This document shows positions 1 to 9,605 of a stretch of DNA of 64,000 bases, in pieces. The stretch is from positions 1,220 to 65,219 of the forward strand of contig SFNQ01000007.1 in the NCBI GenBank assembly GCA_004554165.1, in the 5' to 3' direction. Under the pieces are notes generated by a model that saw nothing but the letters and a program-made list of their open reading frames with translations, was not told the DNA's origin and did no database searches. Source of the DNA: Clostridiales bacterium (GTDB lineage Bacteria > Bacillota > Clostridia > Christensenellales > CAG-138). The translations under genes were made by a program, and so were the position numbers. Position 1 is the first letter of the stretch; each line of letters starts with the position of its first letter.

Positions 1-1
1 T

Positions 2-355
2 TGTGCCGACAATAACCTCTGCGGAGTAGTTGTTTTCGCCGACCGACATGAGGGCTACTATGTGCCAACGGTTGGCTTGAACGAAGCAACGATCAGCAAA
101 TACATCCAGGACCAGGAACGGGATGATATAGCAGTGGACAAGTTCAGTGTGAAGGAGTACGAAGACCCGTTTACGCAAAAAGCGCCCCTTAAGGGGCGTC
201 AGAGTGTCGAAAAAGTGGCGTTCAGCCACTTTTTCGAGCTTTCACAGGTTTTGCCTCTCGCATTCGCTCCCGGGCGGAAAAACCTGCAAGGTACGAAAAC
301 CTCTGGGGTTTCATCCGTTCTGACGCACTTGTCGTCAGAGCCGGATGGAACATAA
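2..355 (+). CDS. tnpA: IS200/IS605-family Y1 transposase (TnpA), C-terminal fragment cut by the window edge; frame now reads on into an inserted repeat element
   Basis: Frame-2 translation ..GYYVPTVGLNEATISKYIQDQERDDIAVDKFSVKEYEDPF resembles the conserved C-terminus of IS200-type TnpA (GYYVxTVG..YIxxQ). There is no stop until 353-355 because of the insertion at 199. Confidence 0.6.
   Translation, partial: CADNNLCGVVVFADRHEGYYVPTVGLNEATISKYIQDQERDDIAVDKFSVKEYEDPFTQKAPLKGRQSVEKVAFSHFFELSQVLPLAFAPGRKNLQGTKTSGVSSVLTHLSSEPDGT
181..198. repeat. Left copy of an 18-bp target duplication AGCGCCCCTTAAGGGGCG (itself a palindrome)
   Basis: Identical 18-mer at 399-416, directly flanking the repeat element. 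Confidence 0.85.
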
Positions 356-398
356 GGGGCTGCGGCCCCTTATCAACCCCGGGGTTTTTCGACAATCT
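199..398 (+). mobile_element. Structured TIR element, copy 1 (MITE-like, non-coding, family unassigned)
   Basis: About 93% identical by eye to 37638-37881 outside one indel. Ends are AGAGTGTCGAAAAA / TTTTTCGACAATCT (inverted). It has five internal hairpins and is flanked by an 18-bp direct repeat. Confidence 0.8.
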
Positions 399-416
399 AG
401 CGCCCCTTAAGGGGCG
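399..416. repeat. Right copy of the 18-bp target duplication, followed by the displaced tnpA stop (C TAA at 417-420)
   Basis: Identical to 181-198. Joining 198 to 417 gives CGC TAA in the tnpA frame. Confidence 0.85.
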
Positions 417-906
417 CTAAGCAAGATGAGACATCGCAGCTTGAGTTAACGAAAGTCTGCGTCTTTCGACGCTTGTCGGCAACATGGGCTGATAGCCCCA
501 GTGCGAACCATCCGTTTTACGGGTGGATGCGATTTTGAGCCGATGAGAAAAACGTCATCTTTTGTCAGATTCAGTTTGTCCGTGAGGGAGCGGTGAAGTT
601 GTTTTGCCCATCGCTTTTATCGGCGGCTTCAGCCCGCTGTGGTTCAGACAGCAAACGCCCGCGGCGGAAACAGGCTTACGCCTCCTGCGCCGCCTCGCAC
701 CTGCTGTCGTCACGCCCGGAGGAATTTCCCGGAATCTTCCGGGCAACGGCGCTTAACTCCGCCACAACCCGGCCGCCGACGAACGCCTTCGGATTGCCGG
801 TATTCTCCGCTGGGCAATCCTGTATCGGAAAGCCATTGCCATGCACGCATGGCCGCCTCGGGAGATGTGACCAAAGGACGGGAACAGCAGATGGGGGGCA
901 GTCCAC

Positions 907-1323
907 CTATTCCCCGATGATTTTGATCAGCGCCCGCTTATCGCGTCCGCCGTCCATCTCATAGTAGAAGATCTGCTCCCATGGACCAAAATCCAGCCGT
1001 CCGCCGGTAATCGCGCAGACAACCTCGCGCCCCATGATGGTGCGCTTGAGGTGGGCGTCCGCGTTGTCCTCAAAGCCGTTGTGGCGGTACTGGCTGTAGG
1101 GCTTTTCGGGCGCCAGCTTTTCCAGCCAGGCCTCATAGTCCGCGTGCAGGCCGCTCTCATCATCGTTGATGAACACCGAGGCCGTGATGTGCATGGCATT
1201 GACCAGCGCCAGCCCCTCCTGCACACCGCTTTCATCGATGGCGGCCTGAACCTGATCGGTGATGTTGACAAGGCCCCGCCGCCTGTTCAGATGGAACCAA
1301 AGCTCCTTGCGATAACTCTTCAT
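907..1323 (-). CDS. YjbQ/UPF0047 family protein (secondary thiamine-phosphate synthase family)
   Basis: 138 aa, [36 protein letters not shown] is typical of the YjbQ family. Start taken at ATG 1323 rather than the longer track ORF. Confidence 0.85.
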   Translation of the reverse strand: MKSYRKELWFHLNRRRGLVNITDQVQAAIDESGVQEGLALVNAMHITASVFINDDESGLHADYEAWLEKLAPEKPYSQYRHNGFEDNADAHLKRTIMGREVVCAITGGRLDFGPWEQIFYYEMDGGRDKRALIKIIGE

Positions 1324-1333
1324 TGGAACCGCC

Positions 1334-2182
1334 CTATTCCAGCAGCTCGGAAACGTCCACCAGGGGCGACGCACCGGAGCTTACCTTGGGCAGCTCGCCG
1401 TTCCAGCTCTGAATGGTCTGATACTTGATGAGCAGGTCCGAAAGCGATTCGGTGAGAATCCGGTTGCTTTCGGCGTTGGCCTCCGCCAGAAGCTTGATTT
1501 CGTTGGCTTCGGCCTGGGCCGCAATGATGCGCTTTTCCGCCTCGGTGTTGGCGATGACCAGCGCCTGCTCCTGCTCGGTACGGGTCTTGATGAGGTTCTG
1601 CTCTGCGACCTGCTTGGCCTCGATGGCGTTGATATATTCGGGCGAGAAGTCCCAGTTGATGATGTTCAGCTCGTTGATGAAGATTCCATAGCTGTTGAGC
1701 TTTTCGTTCAGCCCCTCGTCCAGCAGAACGCTGACCTCCGAGCGTGAGCTGACAAGCTCCACTGCCGTATATTTTGCGGTTACGGCCTTGAGCACCTCGT
1801 TCACCGCGGGCGTGATGAGCACATCCTCATATCCAAGGCCGATGTTTTTGTAGAGTCTGGAGCTCTCATCCTTGGAAATGTGGTAGTTGACCGCCACATT
1901 GGTGTTAATGGTCTGCAAATCCTTGGAGAAGGCCTCGGTGGACACATCGAGCTTGACGATGCGGTTGTCCACGATCATGACCTGATGCATGAAAGGAACC
2001 TTGAAGTGCAGCCCCTCCTGCAATACGCCCTCGCTGACCTTGCCGAACGCGAGCACAACGCCCGTATGACCCGCCGGGACAATGGTAAAGCATGAGCTGC
2101 CGATCACCGCGATGAGCACAACCACCGCGACCAGACCGATCAACCGGCCAATGGCAAAGCTGCCATCCTGTTTTCTGAACAT
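1334..2182 (-). CDS. SPFH/band-7 (prohibitin-like) membrane protein
   Basis: N-terminal TM helix followed by an SPFH-like domain and a coiled Ala/Glu-rich tail. GGAGG lies upstream of ATG 2182. Confidence 0.85.
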   Translation of the reverse strand: MFRKQDGSFAIGRLIGLVAVVVLIAVIGSSCFTIVPAGHTGVVLAFGKVSEGVLQEGLHFKVPFMHQVMIVDNRIVKLDVSTEAFSKDLQTINTNVAVNYHISKDESSRLYKNIGLGYEDVLITPAVNEVLKAVTAKYTAVELVSSRSEVSVLLDEGLNEKLNSYGIFINELNIINWDFSPEYINAIEAKQVAEQNLIKTRTEQEQALVIANTEAEKRIIAAQAEANEIKLLAEANAESNRILTESLSDLLIKYQTIQSWNGELPKVSSGASPLVDVSELLE

Positions 2183-2575
2183 GGTTTCATTCCTCCGCTT
2201 GCATGATCTGTTTTCCTTTAGTATATCACAACGGCGCGCGCCGGTCGATAGGGCGGCTGCCAACGCGGCGGGGAAGTTTCCGCCCGCCCTGTGTTCCTGC
2301 ACAAAGGGGCGACAGGGAGGGCCTGAGAACCCTTGCGAATCCGATTCTCAAAAAGAAGCGGCCGGCGCAGGCAGCGGCGGGTAGTTGGACCACAGGCAAT
2401 GGATGGTTCGCTTCAGCGATGCATGCAGCGCCAGAAGTTCAAACAGCAGGATTCGACTGCATCGCCGTATCCACCGGCAGACAACGAAAGGGCGCGCGGC
2501 GGTTCGCCCCCAGTTTTGGGAGGGAACGCCTGCGCGCCCGCCTTTTTCACGCTTGATCGCGGCCGAAAAGGAAGC

Positions 2576-5128
2576 CTATTTTTTCCTGCTGTACGGCGTG
2601 TCCGAAAGCGGCAGCTCCGTGCGGAGCTTTCCGTCGTACTGGAAGTAGGCGGCGGCGATGGCCGGGGCGGTGGGGATGGAGGTAATCTCGCCGATGCCGA
2701 TGGCGCCGTAGGCCATCCGGAAGGCAGGTTTTTCTACGATACGCGCGTCAATGACGGGAACGTTGGGCGCTTTGAACAGACCCAGCGTGCCGAACTTTGC
2801 CGTGGGGACGCAGTCGGTCAGCGGATATTGCTCCGTCAGCGCATAGCCCATGGACATGACCACGCCGCCCTCGATCTGGCCCTCCACGGAGATGGGGTTC
2901 ACCGCGCGGCCCACGTCATGCGCCGCGATGATGCGCTCGAGTTTGCCGTCCTCGCCCAGGATGGCAACCTGCGTGGCGTAGCCGTAGGCAACGTGGCTTA
3001 CGGGGTTTGGCTTGGGAGAGCCCAGCGGATCGGTCTTTGCAAAATACTCGGCGTAGAACTCCTGCCCTTCCAGCTTGGAGAGTGGCGCGTCCCCCCGCGC
3101 GTCGTTCAGCAGCAGGCAGGCGCGGCGCGCAGCCTCGCCGGTGATGAGCGTCTGGCGGGAGCCGGAGGTGGTGCCGGAGTCCGGCGCGTTGAAGGTGTTC
3201 GCCGGCTCGTAAACGATTTCGTCCCGGGACAGCCCCGTGGTCTCGCCCACGATCTGCACGAGCACGGTGCCAAGCCCCTGCCCGATGCAGGAGGCGCCAG
3301 CGAAGATATGCACCCTGCCGCCCTCCACCAGCAAGCGCACGCGGCCCTTGTCGGGAATGCCCACGCCCACGCCGGCGTTCTTCATCGCGCAGGCAAGGCC
3401 AGCGTACTTTGCGTTTTCAAAGTCCTGGCGTACGGCTTCCAGGGTCTCGACAAGCCCTGTGCTATCGTCGACAATCTGGCCGTTGGGCAGCGTCTGCCCG
3501 GGCCGGATGGCGTTGCGGTAGCGGATTTCCCAGGGGGAGATGCCGAGCTTGTGCGCCATCTGGTTTAGCAGGGTTTCGATGGCAAAGCAGGTCTGCGTTA
3601 CGCCAAAGCCGCGGAAGGCGCCTGCGGGCGGGTTGTTCGTGTAGTAGGCGTAGCCGTCGATTTCAAAATTCTCATAGTTGTAGGGCCCCGCGGCGTGCGT
3701 GCAGGCCCGCTCCAGCACCGGGCCGCCCAGAGAGGCGTAAGCGCCGGTGTCCGCGATGACCTTTGCTCTGACGCCCTGAATAATGCCCTGTTCGTCGCAG
3801 CCCAGCGTGAATTCCATCTCCATGGGGTGGCGCTTGGGGTGGACGATGAGGCTCTCCGCCCGGGTGAGCTTGACCTTGACGGGGCGCTTGGTCAGGAAGG
3901 CAATGAGCGCCGCGTGGTGCTGTACGGTCACGTCCTCCTTGCCGCCGAAGCCGCCGCCCACGAGCTTGTTCTCCACCCAGACCTTTTCCAGCGGCAGGCC
4001 GAGCACAGGCGCCGTTTCAAAGCGGGTGTCGTAGGTGCCCTGATCCGTGGAGTAGATCAGCACGCCGTCATCCTTCGGCAGCGCCACCGCGCACTCCGGC
4101 TCCAGAAAGGCGTGCTCCGTAAAGGGCGTTTTAAAGGTGCCGGATAGCACATGCGCGCTGTTTTGGATGGCGGCGTCCGCGTTGCCGCGGCTCACGTGCT
4201 TGTGGGCAAGAAGGTTGCCGCCCTTGTGCAGGCGCGGCGCGCCCTCGGCCATGGCCTCCGCCGGATTGCGCACAGGCGGCAGCACCTCGTATTCAACCTC
4301 GATGAGCGCCTTTGCCTCGGCGAGAATCTCCGGCGTTTCCGCGGCCACAAGGCAGATGGAATCGCCAAGATAGCGCGTTTCGCCGCCCACAGGGATGAAC
4401 ACGTCCCAGTCCTTGACCAGGTGCCCCACGATGTTCAGGCCCGGAATATCCTCTGCCGTGAACACGCCGACAACGCCCGGGAGCGCGCGGGCCTTTTCCG
4501 TATGGATGGCGAGCACTCTTGCGCGAGGGTACCTGCTGCGCACGGCGCTGCCGTAAATCATGCCCTCATAAGCCAGATCGTCCGGATACTCGCCGTAGCC
4601 CAGCACCTTTTCGCGCACGTCCAGCCGGTGTACCCGCGCCCCCACCTTCCAGGCGGTTTCCTCGGCGGGAACCTGGCCCTCGCGCAGCAGACGCGCGGCG
4701 ATTTTGACCGCCTCGATGATCTTCACATAGCCCGTGCAGCGGCAGATGTTGTTGCGCAGCGCATGGCGGATTTCTTCCTCCGAGGGATCGGCGTTTGTAT
4801 CCAGCAGGGCCTTGGCGGCGATCACCATGCCGGGAATGCAGAAGCCGCACTGCACGGCGCCTGCCTCGCCGAAGGCAAAGGTATAAACGTCCTTTTCAAA
4901 GTCCGAAAGCCCTTCCACGGTGAGAACGTGCCTGCCCTCCAGCTTGTCCGTTTGCTGAACGCAGGCCTTGACCGCCTTGCCGTCGATGAGCACGGTGCAG
5001 GTGCCGCAGGCGCCCTCCGAGCAGCCGTCCTTCACGGAGGTCAGGTGCAGCGTATCGCGAAGGTAGCGCATGAGGCGCTGGTTGTTTTCCACCGTAACGG
5101 CTTTGCCGTTGACAAAAAAGCTGGCCAT
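2576..5128 (-). CDS. Molybdopterin-dependent hydroxylase with N-terminal 2Fe-2S domains (XdhD / selenium-dependent molybdenum hydroxylase-like)
   Basis: 850 aa. The N-terminus has CSEGACGTCTV and CGFCIPG..CRCTGY ferredoxin motifs, followed by an aldehyde oxidase/xanthine dehydrogenase Mo-binding domain. It sits downstream of ygfK and ssnA as in E. coli. Confidence 0.9.
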   Translation of the reverse strand: MASFFVNGKAVTVENNQRLMRYLRDTLHLTSVKDGCSEGACGTCTVLIDGKAVKACVQQTDKLEGRHVLTVEGLSDFEKDVYTFAFGEAGAVQCGFCIPGMVIAAKALLDTNADPSEEEIRHALRNNICRCTGYVKIIEAVKIAARLLREGQVPAEETAWKVGARVHRLDVREKVLGYGEYPDDLAYEGMIYGSAVRSRYPRARVLAIHTEKARALPGVVGVFTAEDIPGLNIVGHLVKDWDVFIPVGGETRYLGDSICLVAAETPEILAEAKALIEVEYEVLPPVRNPAEAMAEGAPRLHKGGNLLAHKHVSRGNADAAIQNSAHVLSGTFKTPFTEHAFLEPECAVALPKDDGVLIYSTDQGTYDTRFETAPVLGLPLEKVWVENKLVGGGFGGKEDVTVQHHAALIAFLTKRPVKVKLTRAESLIVHPKRHPMEMEFTLGCDEQGIIQGVRAKVIADTGAYASLGGPVLERACTHAAGPYNYENFEIDGYAYYTNNPPAGAFRGFGVTQTCFAIETLLNQMAHKLGISPWEIRYRNAIRPGQTLPNGQIVDDSTGLVETLEAVRQDFENAKYAGLACAMKNAGVGVGIPDKGRVRLLVEGGRVHIFAGASCIGQGLGTVLVQIVGETTGLSRDEIVYEPANTFNAPDSGTTSGSRQTLITGEAARRACLLLNDARGDAPLSKLEGQEFYAEYFAKTDPLGSPKPNPVSHVAYGYATQVAILGEDGKLERIIAAHDVGRAVNPISVEGQIEGGVVMSMGYALTEQYPLTDCVPTAKFGTLGLFKAPNVPVIDARIVEKPAFRMAYGAIGIGEITSIPTAPAIAAAYFQYDGKLRTELPLSDTPYSRKK

Positions 5129-5251
5129 CCGAGTTTTTCTCCTTATTTATATGGTTCAGGTTTGCGCTTTTCAGAACGCGGAAAGAACTGCCGCGCTCTG
5201 GAAAGCGGCCGGAGGGGGGGAGGCCCCTCCGGCGCGGGGAGTTGCGGCGCG

Positions 5252-8239
5252 CTACAGCAGGTAGCTGTAGTCGTTCACAACGGCGAACAGAATCCGCTCC
5301 AGGGCCGGATCCAGTTCCGCCGGCTGGTCGAGGTCGATCGTGCGCGCAGCCCCGTCCGTACGCAGCAGGAAGCGATGGCCGCCCAGATGGAAGAAACCGG
5401 GATTGTCGCTCTCGCGGAATTCCTTCTCCGTGGAGAACAGCGTGAGCTTCTCCTTGTAGGGGCGGCTGTCGTAGGGGCAGAACACGAAGCAGTTGCCGCA
5501 CTCGTTGCACATCCGGTCAACGTGCAGAATCTGCGGCATGTCAAGCCCCTTGACGGTCAGGGCGATGTTGGCCCGGTTGGGGCAGACCTGTACGCAGCAC
5601 TCGCAGACCGTCGAGCAGGCAAGGCAGCGGTTCGATTCCTTGTCCGCGCTGTCATAGGTGCCGAGAACGCCCTGCTTGTCGTAGCAGGCCTTCTCGCAGG
5701 CTTTGGCGCAGGCGGGAATCTCGTACGCATAGCTGCCGAGGATCGCGTCGGCGGCTCTGCGCGCGTCCGCAATGCACTCCACAACGGTGGAGGGGCCGCG
5801 GTTTGCGTCGCCGATGACGTAAACGCCGTCCAGATTGGTTTGCAGCAGGCCGTCCACCGCCGCGCGGCCACGGGGCGTCACGTCGATGCCGTTTTCGCGG
5901 AAGTAGCCGTCGTCCACCTTCTCGCCCGTGGCAAGGATGAGCGCGGTGCAGGGGATCTCCCGGGTTTTGCCCGTGGCTTCGGGCGCGCGGCGGCCGGAGG
6001 CGTCGGGAGCGCCGAGGCGCATCTCGTCGCAGAGCAGCAGGCCGTCCTTCAGCGCGCGCGGCGCAAGCAGTTCGCAGAATTCCACGCCGTCCTGGAGGGC
6101 CAGCGTAAGCTCCTCCTCGTCCGCCGGCATATAGCGGCGGGTACGGCGGTAGACGAGCCGCGCGTGCTTGACACCCTTGACGCGCTTTGCCGTGCGCGCG
6201 GCGTCCATCGCGGTGTTGCCGCCGCCGATGACGACCACGTCCGTGCCAAGCTCGCCAAGGCTGCCGTCCTTATATTGCGCAAGGAAGTCGAGCACATTCA
6301 TGCCCTCACCCGCTTCGAGCTCCACCGCGCCGTGCTTCCAGGCGCCGATGGCGCAGACAACGTGCGTAAAGCCCTGCGCCTTGAGCTCTTTGACGGAGGG
6401 CGCCTTTTCGCCGGTCCGGACGGTCACGCCCATGGCGCGCATGATCTGCTCGTCGCGGTCCATGCCGAGTTCGCCGATGCGGAAGGGCGGAATCACATAG
6501 CGCACGATGCCGCCAAGCTGCTCCCGCTGCTCAAACAGCGTAACGCTGGCGCCCTCGCGGCCGAGGAAGAAGGAGACCGCCATGCCGGCCGGGCCGCCGC
6601 CCACAACGGCGACGCGCACGTCGGCCTTTGCGTTGCCCGCGGGCCGGAGGGTGCCGATGACCTCGTCAAAGCCGCGGCGGGCGGCCACGAGCTTTGCGTC
6701 GCGGATGCGGACGCTCTCCTCATAGAAATTGCGGGTACACTTATCCATGCAGCGGTGGCTGCAAATGCGGCCCGTAATGAAGGGCAGGGGATTCTTTTCG
6801 AGAATCAGGCGCAGCGCGGCGGCATATTCGCCCTTGCCCACAAGGCCGATGTACTCGGGGATATCCTGATGGATGGGGCAGCCGTGCGTACAGGGCGCGG
6901 TGAAGCAGCTGGTCAGGGGCACCTTTTCCTCCAGCTTGCGGCTGGGCATGGGCTTGACGGGCTTTTCGTTGCGCGCGTCGGACTTGCTGCGGGCGGCGAG
7001 ATAGGCCACCTTGCCCACGGATACGCCGTCGAAGGGGCGGTAGTCCGCGGCCTGCAACTGCTGGGCCATCTGCGTGAGGCGCTGGTAGCCGCCGGGCTTG
7101 AGCAGCGTGGTGGCCAGCGTGATGGGCCAGATGCCCGCGTCGAACAGCTCAACGATGTTAAAGGTGTCGATGCCGCCGGAGAAGGACAGGCGGAGCTGCC
7201 CGTCGAACTCGGCGCTGATGCGCTTTGCCATCTCAATGGTCAGCGGGTAGAGCGAACGGCCGCTCATGTACATTTCCTGGCTGGGCAGCTCGCCGCGCGT
7301 TACCTCCACGGGGAAGGTGTTGGACAGCTTCAGGCCGAAGCAGACGCCGTTGTCCCTGGCCTTGTCCAGCAGGCGCTTGAACATGGGCACCGCGTCGCGG
7401 TACTGGAGATCCTCGTTGAAGTGGTGCTCGTCGAACACGATGTAGTCAAATCCCAGATCATCGAGAATCTTGCGGGCGCTGCCATAGCCCAGAATGGTCG
7501 GGTTGCACTTGACGAAGGTGTTGAGCTTTTTGCTTTCGATGAGATAGGCCGCGATGCGCTCGATCTCCTGCGGCGGGCAGCCGTGGAGGGTGGAGAGCGT
7601 GATGGAGGTGCAGACCTTCGGGCTGATGGCGTCAATATAGGACTCGTCCACGCCGGGCAGCTCCGCAAGGTGCGCCTTGGCCCACTGCGCGCATTCCCGC
7701 CAGACGGGGGAGGCGGAGGCGTCCTTCAGACCCTCGATAAAGGCGTCGATCTTGGGGCTGGTGATGCCCGCATAATCGTAGCCCACGCTCATGTTGAAAA
7801 TAAAGCCGTCCGGATCGCCCAGCTTCCAGGCGCGGGCCAGGAGCTTCAAGGCAAACCAGGCTTTCACATACTCGTCGAAGGCCTGCGGAACGGTGAGCTC
7901 CGTAGACCATTCGCAGTTATAGCACTCGTCCTCGGCGAGAATGCAGGGCTTGGGCACGCACTTGGAGAGCTCCTCGCCGTCCATAATCTGTACGGTCTTG
8001 AGCTCGAAGAAGCGGCTGCCGGCATAGTAGGCGGCGATCAGGTTCTGGGCAAGCTGCGTGTGCGGGCCTGCGGCAGGGCCGAAGGGGGTTTCCAGCCGCT
8101 CGGAAAAAAGATCGAGCAGCTTGCCCTCTGCGGGGACGAACGCGCGGCGAAGGCCGAACACCGTGCCATGGGCTGCCTTTTCGCGCAGAATCCACTGCAT
8201 GAGCGCGTCAAAGGGGATGGGCGTCATTTGATCTGACAT
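5252..8239 (-). CDS. ygfK: YgfK-type Fe-S/FAD oxidoreductase (DPD-like domain plus glutamate-synthase-small-subunit-like domain)
   Basis: 995 aa. N-terminus PIPFDALMQWILRE..GPAAGPHTQLAQNLIAAYYAGSRFFELKTVQ closely parallels E. coli YgfK. C-terminal ferredoxin Cys clusters are present. Confidence 0.9.
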   Translation of the reverse strand: MSDQMTPIPFDALMQWILREKAAHGTVFGLRRAFVPAEGKLLDLFSERLETPFGPAAGPHTQLAQNLIAAYYAGSRFFELKTVQIMDGEELSKCVPKPCILAEDECYNCEWSTELTVPQAFDEYVKAWFALKLLARAWKLGDPDGFIFNMSVGYDYAGITSPKIDAFIEGLKDASASPVWRECAQWAKAHLAELPGVDESYIDAISPKVCTSITLSTLHGCPPQEIERIAAYLIESKKLNTFVKCNPTILGYGSARKILDDLGFDYIVFDEHHFNEDLQYRDAVPMFKRLLDKARDNGVCFGLKLSNTFPVEVTRGELPSQEMYMSGRSLYPLTIEMAKRISAEFDGQLRLSFSGGIDTFNIVELFDAGIWPITLATTLLKPGGYQRLTQMAQQLQAADYRPFDGVSVGKVAYLAARSKSDARNEKPVKPMPSRKLEEKVPLTSCFTAPCTHGCPIHQDIPEYIGLVGKGEYAAALRLILEKNPLPFITGRICSHRCMDKCTRNFYEESVRIRDAKLVAARRGFDEVIGTLRPAGNAKADVRVAVVGGGPAGMAVSFFLGREGASVTLFEQREQLGGIVRYVIPPFRIGELGMDRDEQIMRAMGVTVRTGEKAPSVKELKAQGFTHVVCAIGAWKHGAVELEAGEGMNVLDFLAQYKDGSLGELGTDVVVIGGGNTAMDAARTAKRVKGVKHARLVYRRTRRYMPADEEELTLALQDGVEFCELLAPRALKDGLLLCDEMRLGAPDASGRRAPEATGKTREIPCTALILATGEKVDDGYFRENGIDVTPRGRAAVDGLLQTNLDGVYVIGDANRGPSTVVECIADARRAADAILGSYAYEIPACAKACEKACYDKQGVLGTYDSADKESNRCLACSTVCECCVQVCPNRANIALTVKGLDMPQILHVDRMCNECGNCFVFCPYDSRPYKEKLTLFSTEKEFRESDNPGFFHLGGHRFLLRTDGAARTIDLDQPAELDPALERILFAVVNDYSYLL

Positions 8240-8279
8240 GATAAAATCCTCCTGCTGAAAAAATTATGTGGGGGCGGGC

Positions 8280-9605
8280 TCAGGCGTTGACGGACTGCCA
8301 GAGCGCGGCGGCGCTTTGGCGGCACTCGGCCATGAGCGCCTTTTCGTCGATGCCGGTGAGTCTGCGGTCCTTCATGAGCACCTTGCCGTTGCAGACGGTG
8401 GTGGTGACGCTGCGGCCGTTCATGCCGAAGAGGATGTGGCCGTTGACGTTGCCGCCGTCCATGGGCGTCAGCGGATCGTAGTCGGTCACGATCACGTCCG
8501 CGTAGGCGCCTTCCTTCAGGATGCCGATGGGATGGTCGAAATAGCGGGCGGCGATGGCGCGGTTGTTTTCAAACAGCATCGCCGGAATCTCGCCCCAGGC
8601 CACGGTGGGATCGCAGAGGTGGTGCTTGTGGATGATGTTGCCGACCTTGTAGCTTTCCAGCATGTCGTTGGTGTAGCCGTCCGTGCCGAGGCCCACCAGC
8701 AGACCCTCGCGCATCATGTGGATGACCGGGCCGCAGCCGACGGCGTTGCCCATATTGGATTCCGGGTTGTGGACCACGGCGGTGTCCGTATCCCGAAGGA
8801 GCTGCATTTCCGCGCGGTTGATGTGGACGCAGTGGATGGCCAGGGTGCGATCGCCGAGCACGCCGTTGTCATAAAAGCGGTGGATGATGCGCTTGCCGTG
8901 TTCGGCGAGGCAGGCCTTTACGTCCGCGGGGCCTTCGGCACAGTGAACGTGGAAGCCCGCGCCATGGCGGCGCTCGTTGCACTCGCTGAGCGTTTTGTCG
9001 GAAACCGTGAAGGAGGCGTGCAGGCCCATCATGCCCTTGAGCATGTCGCTGGTGTCCTTCTGCGTGCGGAGGATGAAGCGCTCGTTTTCCAGGATGCTCT
9101 GCACACGCTTCTGCTCGCCGTCGCGGTCGGAAACCTCATAGCAGAGCGAAGCGCGCACGCCGAGCTTTGTGGCGCCCTCCGCGATGTCGTCGAGGCTGCC
9201 GGGAATTTCAAAGTAGCTGGCGTGGTGGTCGAATACCGTGGTTACGCCGTTTTTGATGCAGTCGGCAAAGACCGCCAGAGAGGAAAGCCGGTTGTTCTCC
9301 CGGGTGAGCCTGCGGTCGATCTTCCACCACATGCCCTCAAGGATGTCGTTGAAATCCTTGGGATCATAGCCCCGGATGGATAGCCCGCGGGCAAAGGCGC
9401 TGTAGATGTGATTGTGCATGTTGATGAGACCCGGCATGATGACGCCGCCGTCCGCATCGAGAAATTCCGCGTCCGGATACGTTTCGCGGAGCGTCTTCGT
9501 CTCTCCGACCGCTTTGATGAACCTTCCGTCGATAGCGACGGCGCCGTTCTCGTAAAATTTACCTTCGTCCCTGGTGATGAGGCGTCCGTTTCCGATCAGT
9601 AGCAT
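8280..9605 (-). CDS. ssnA: SsnA-type amidohydrolase (chlorohydrolase/aminohydrolase family)
   Basis: 441 aa, ..VIMPGLINMHNHIYSAFARG..WWKIDRRL..VFDHHAS.. parallels E. coli SsnA. Located immediately upstream of ygfK. Confidence 0.9.
   Translation of the reverse strand: MLLIGNGRLITRDEGKFYENGAVAIDGRFIKAVGETKTLRETYPDAEFLDADGGVIMPGLINMHNHIYSAFARGLSIRGYDPKDFNDILEGMWWKIDRRLTRENNRLSSLAVFADCIKNGVTTVFDHHASYFEIPGSLDDIAEGATKLGVRASLCYEVSDRDGEQKRVQSILENERFILRTQKDTSDMLKGMMGLHASFTVSDKTLSECNERRHGAGFHVHCAEGPADVKACLAEHGKRIIHRFYDNGVLGDRTLAIHCVHINRAEMQLLRDTDTAVVHNPESNMGNAVGCGPVIHMMREGLLVGLGTDGYTNDMLESYKVGNIIHKHHLCDPTVAWGEIPAMLFENNRAIAARYFDHPIGILKEGAYADVIVTDYDPLTPMDGGNVNGHILFGMNGRSVTTTVCNGKVLMKDRRLTGIDEKALMAECRQSAAALWQSVNA

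Noticed and set aside
199-398. Considered whether the repeat element is a group II intron fragment, an IS200/IS605 end or PATE, or a common housekeeping RNA (tmRNA, SRP RNA, RNase P, 6S)
   Set aside because: - GAGCCGGATGG.. does not fold into a domain-V hairpin, and no GUGYG 5' end fits.
- IS200/IS605 elements do not generate target duplications, and the two subterminal hairpins are unrelated to each other.
- None of the conserved tmRNA, SRP or RNase P blocks are present.
- The element is therefore left unassigned rather than named.
4151-8236. 1361-aa plus-strand ORF, the longest in the track
   Set aside because: It lies entirely antisense to the well-supported ygfK and Mo-hydroxylase genes. 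The translation is Ala/Gly/Arg/Leu-rich with no recognisable domains. This is the usual stop-codon-poor antisense frame of high-GC coding DNA.
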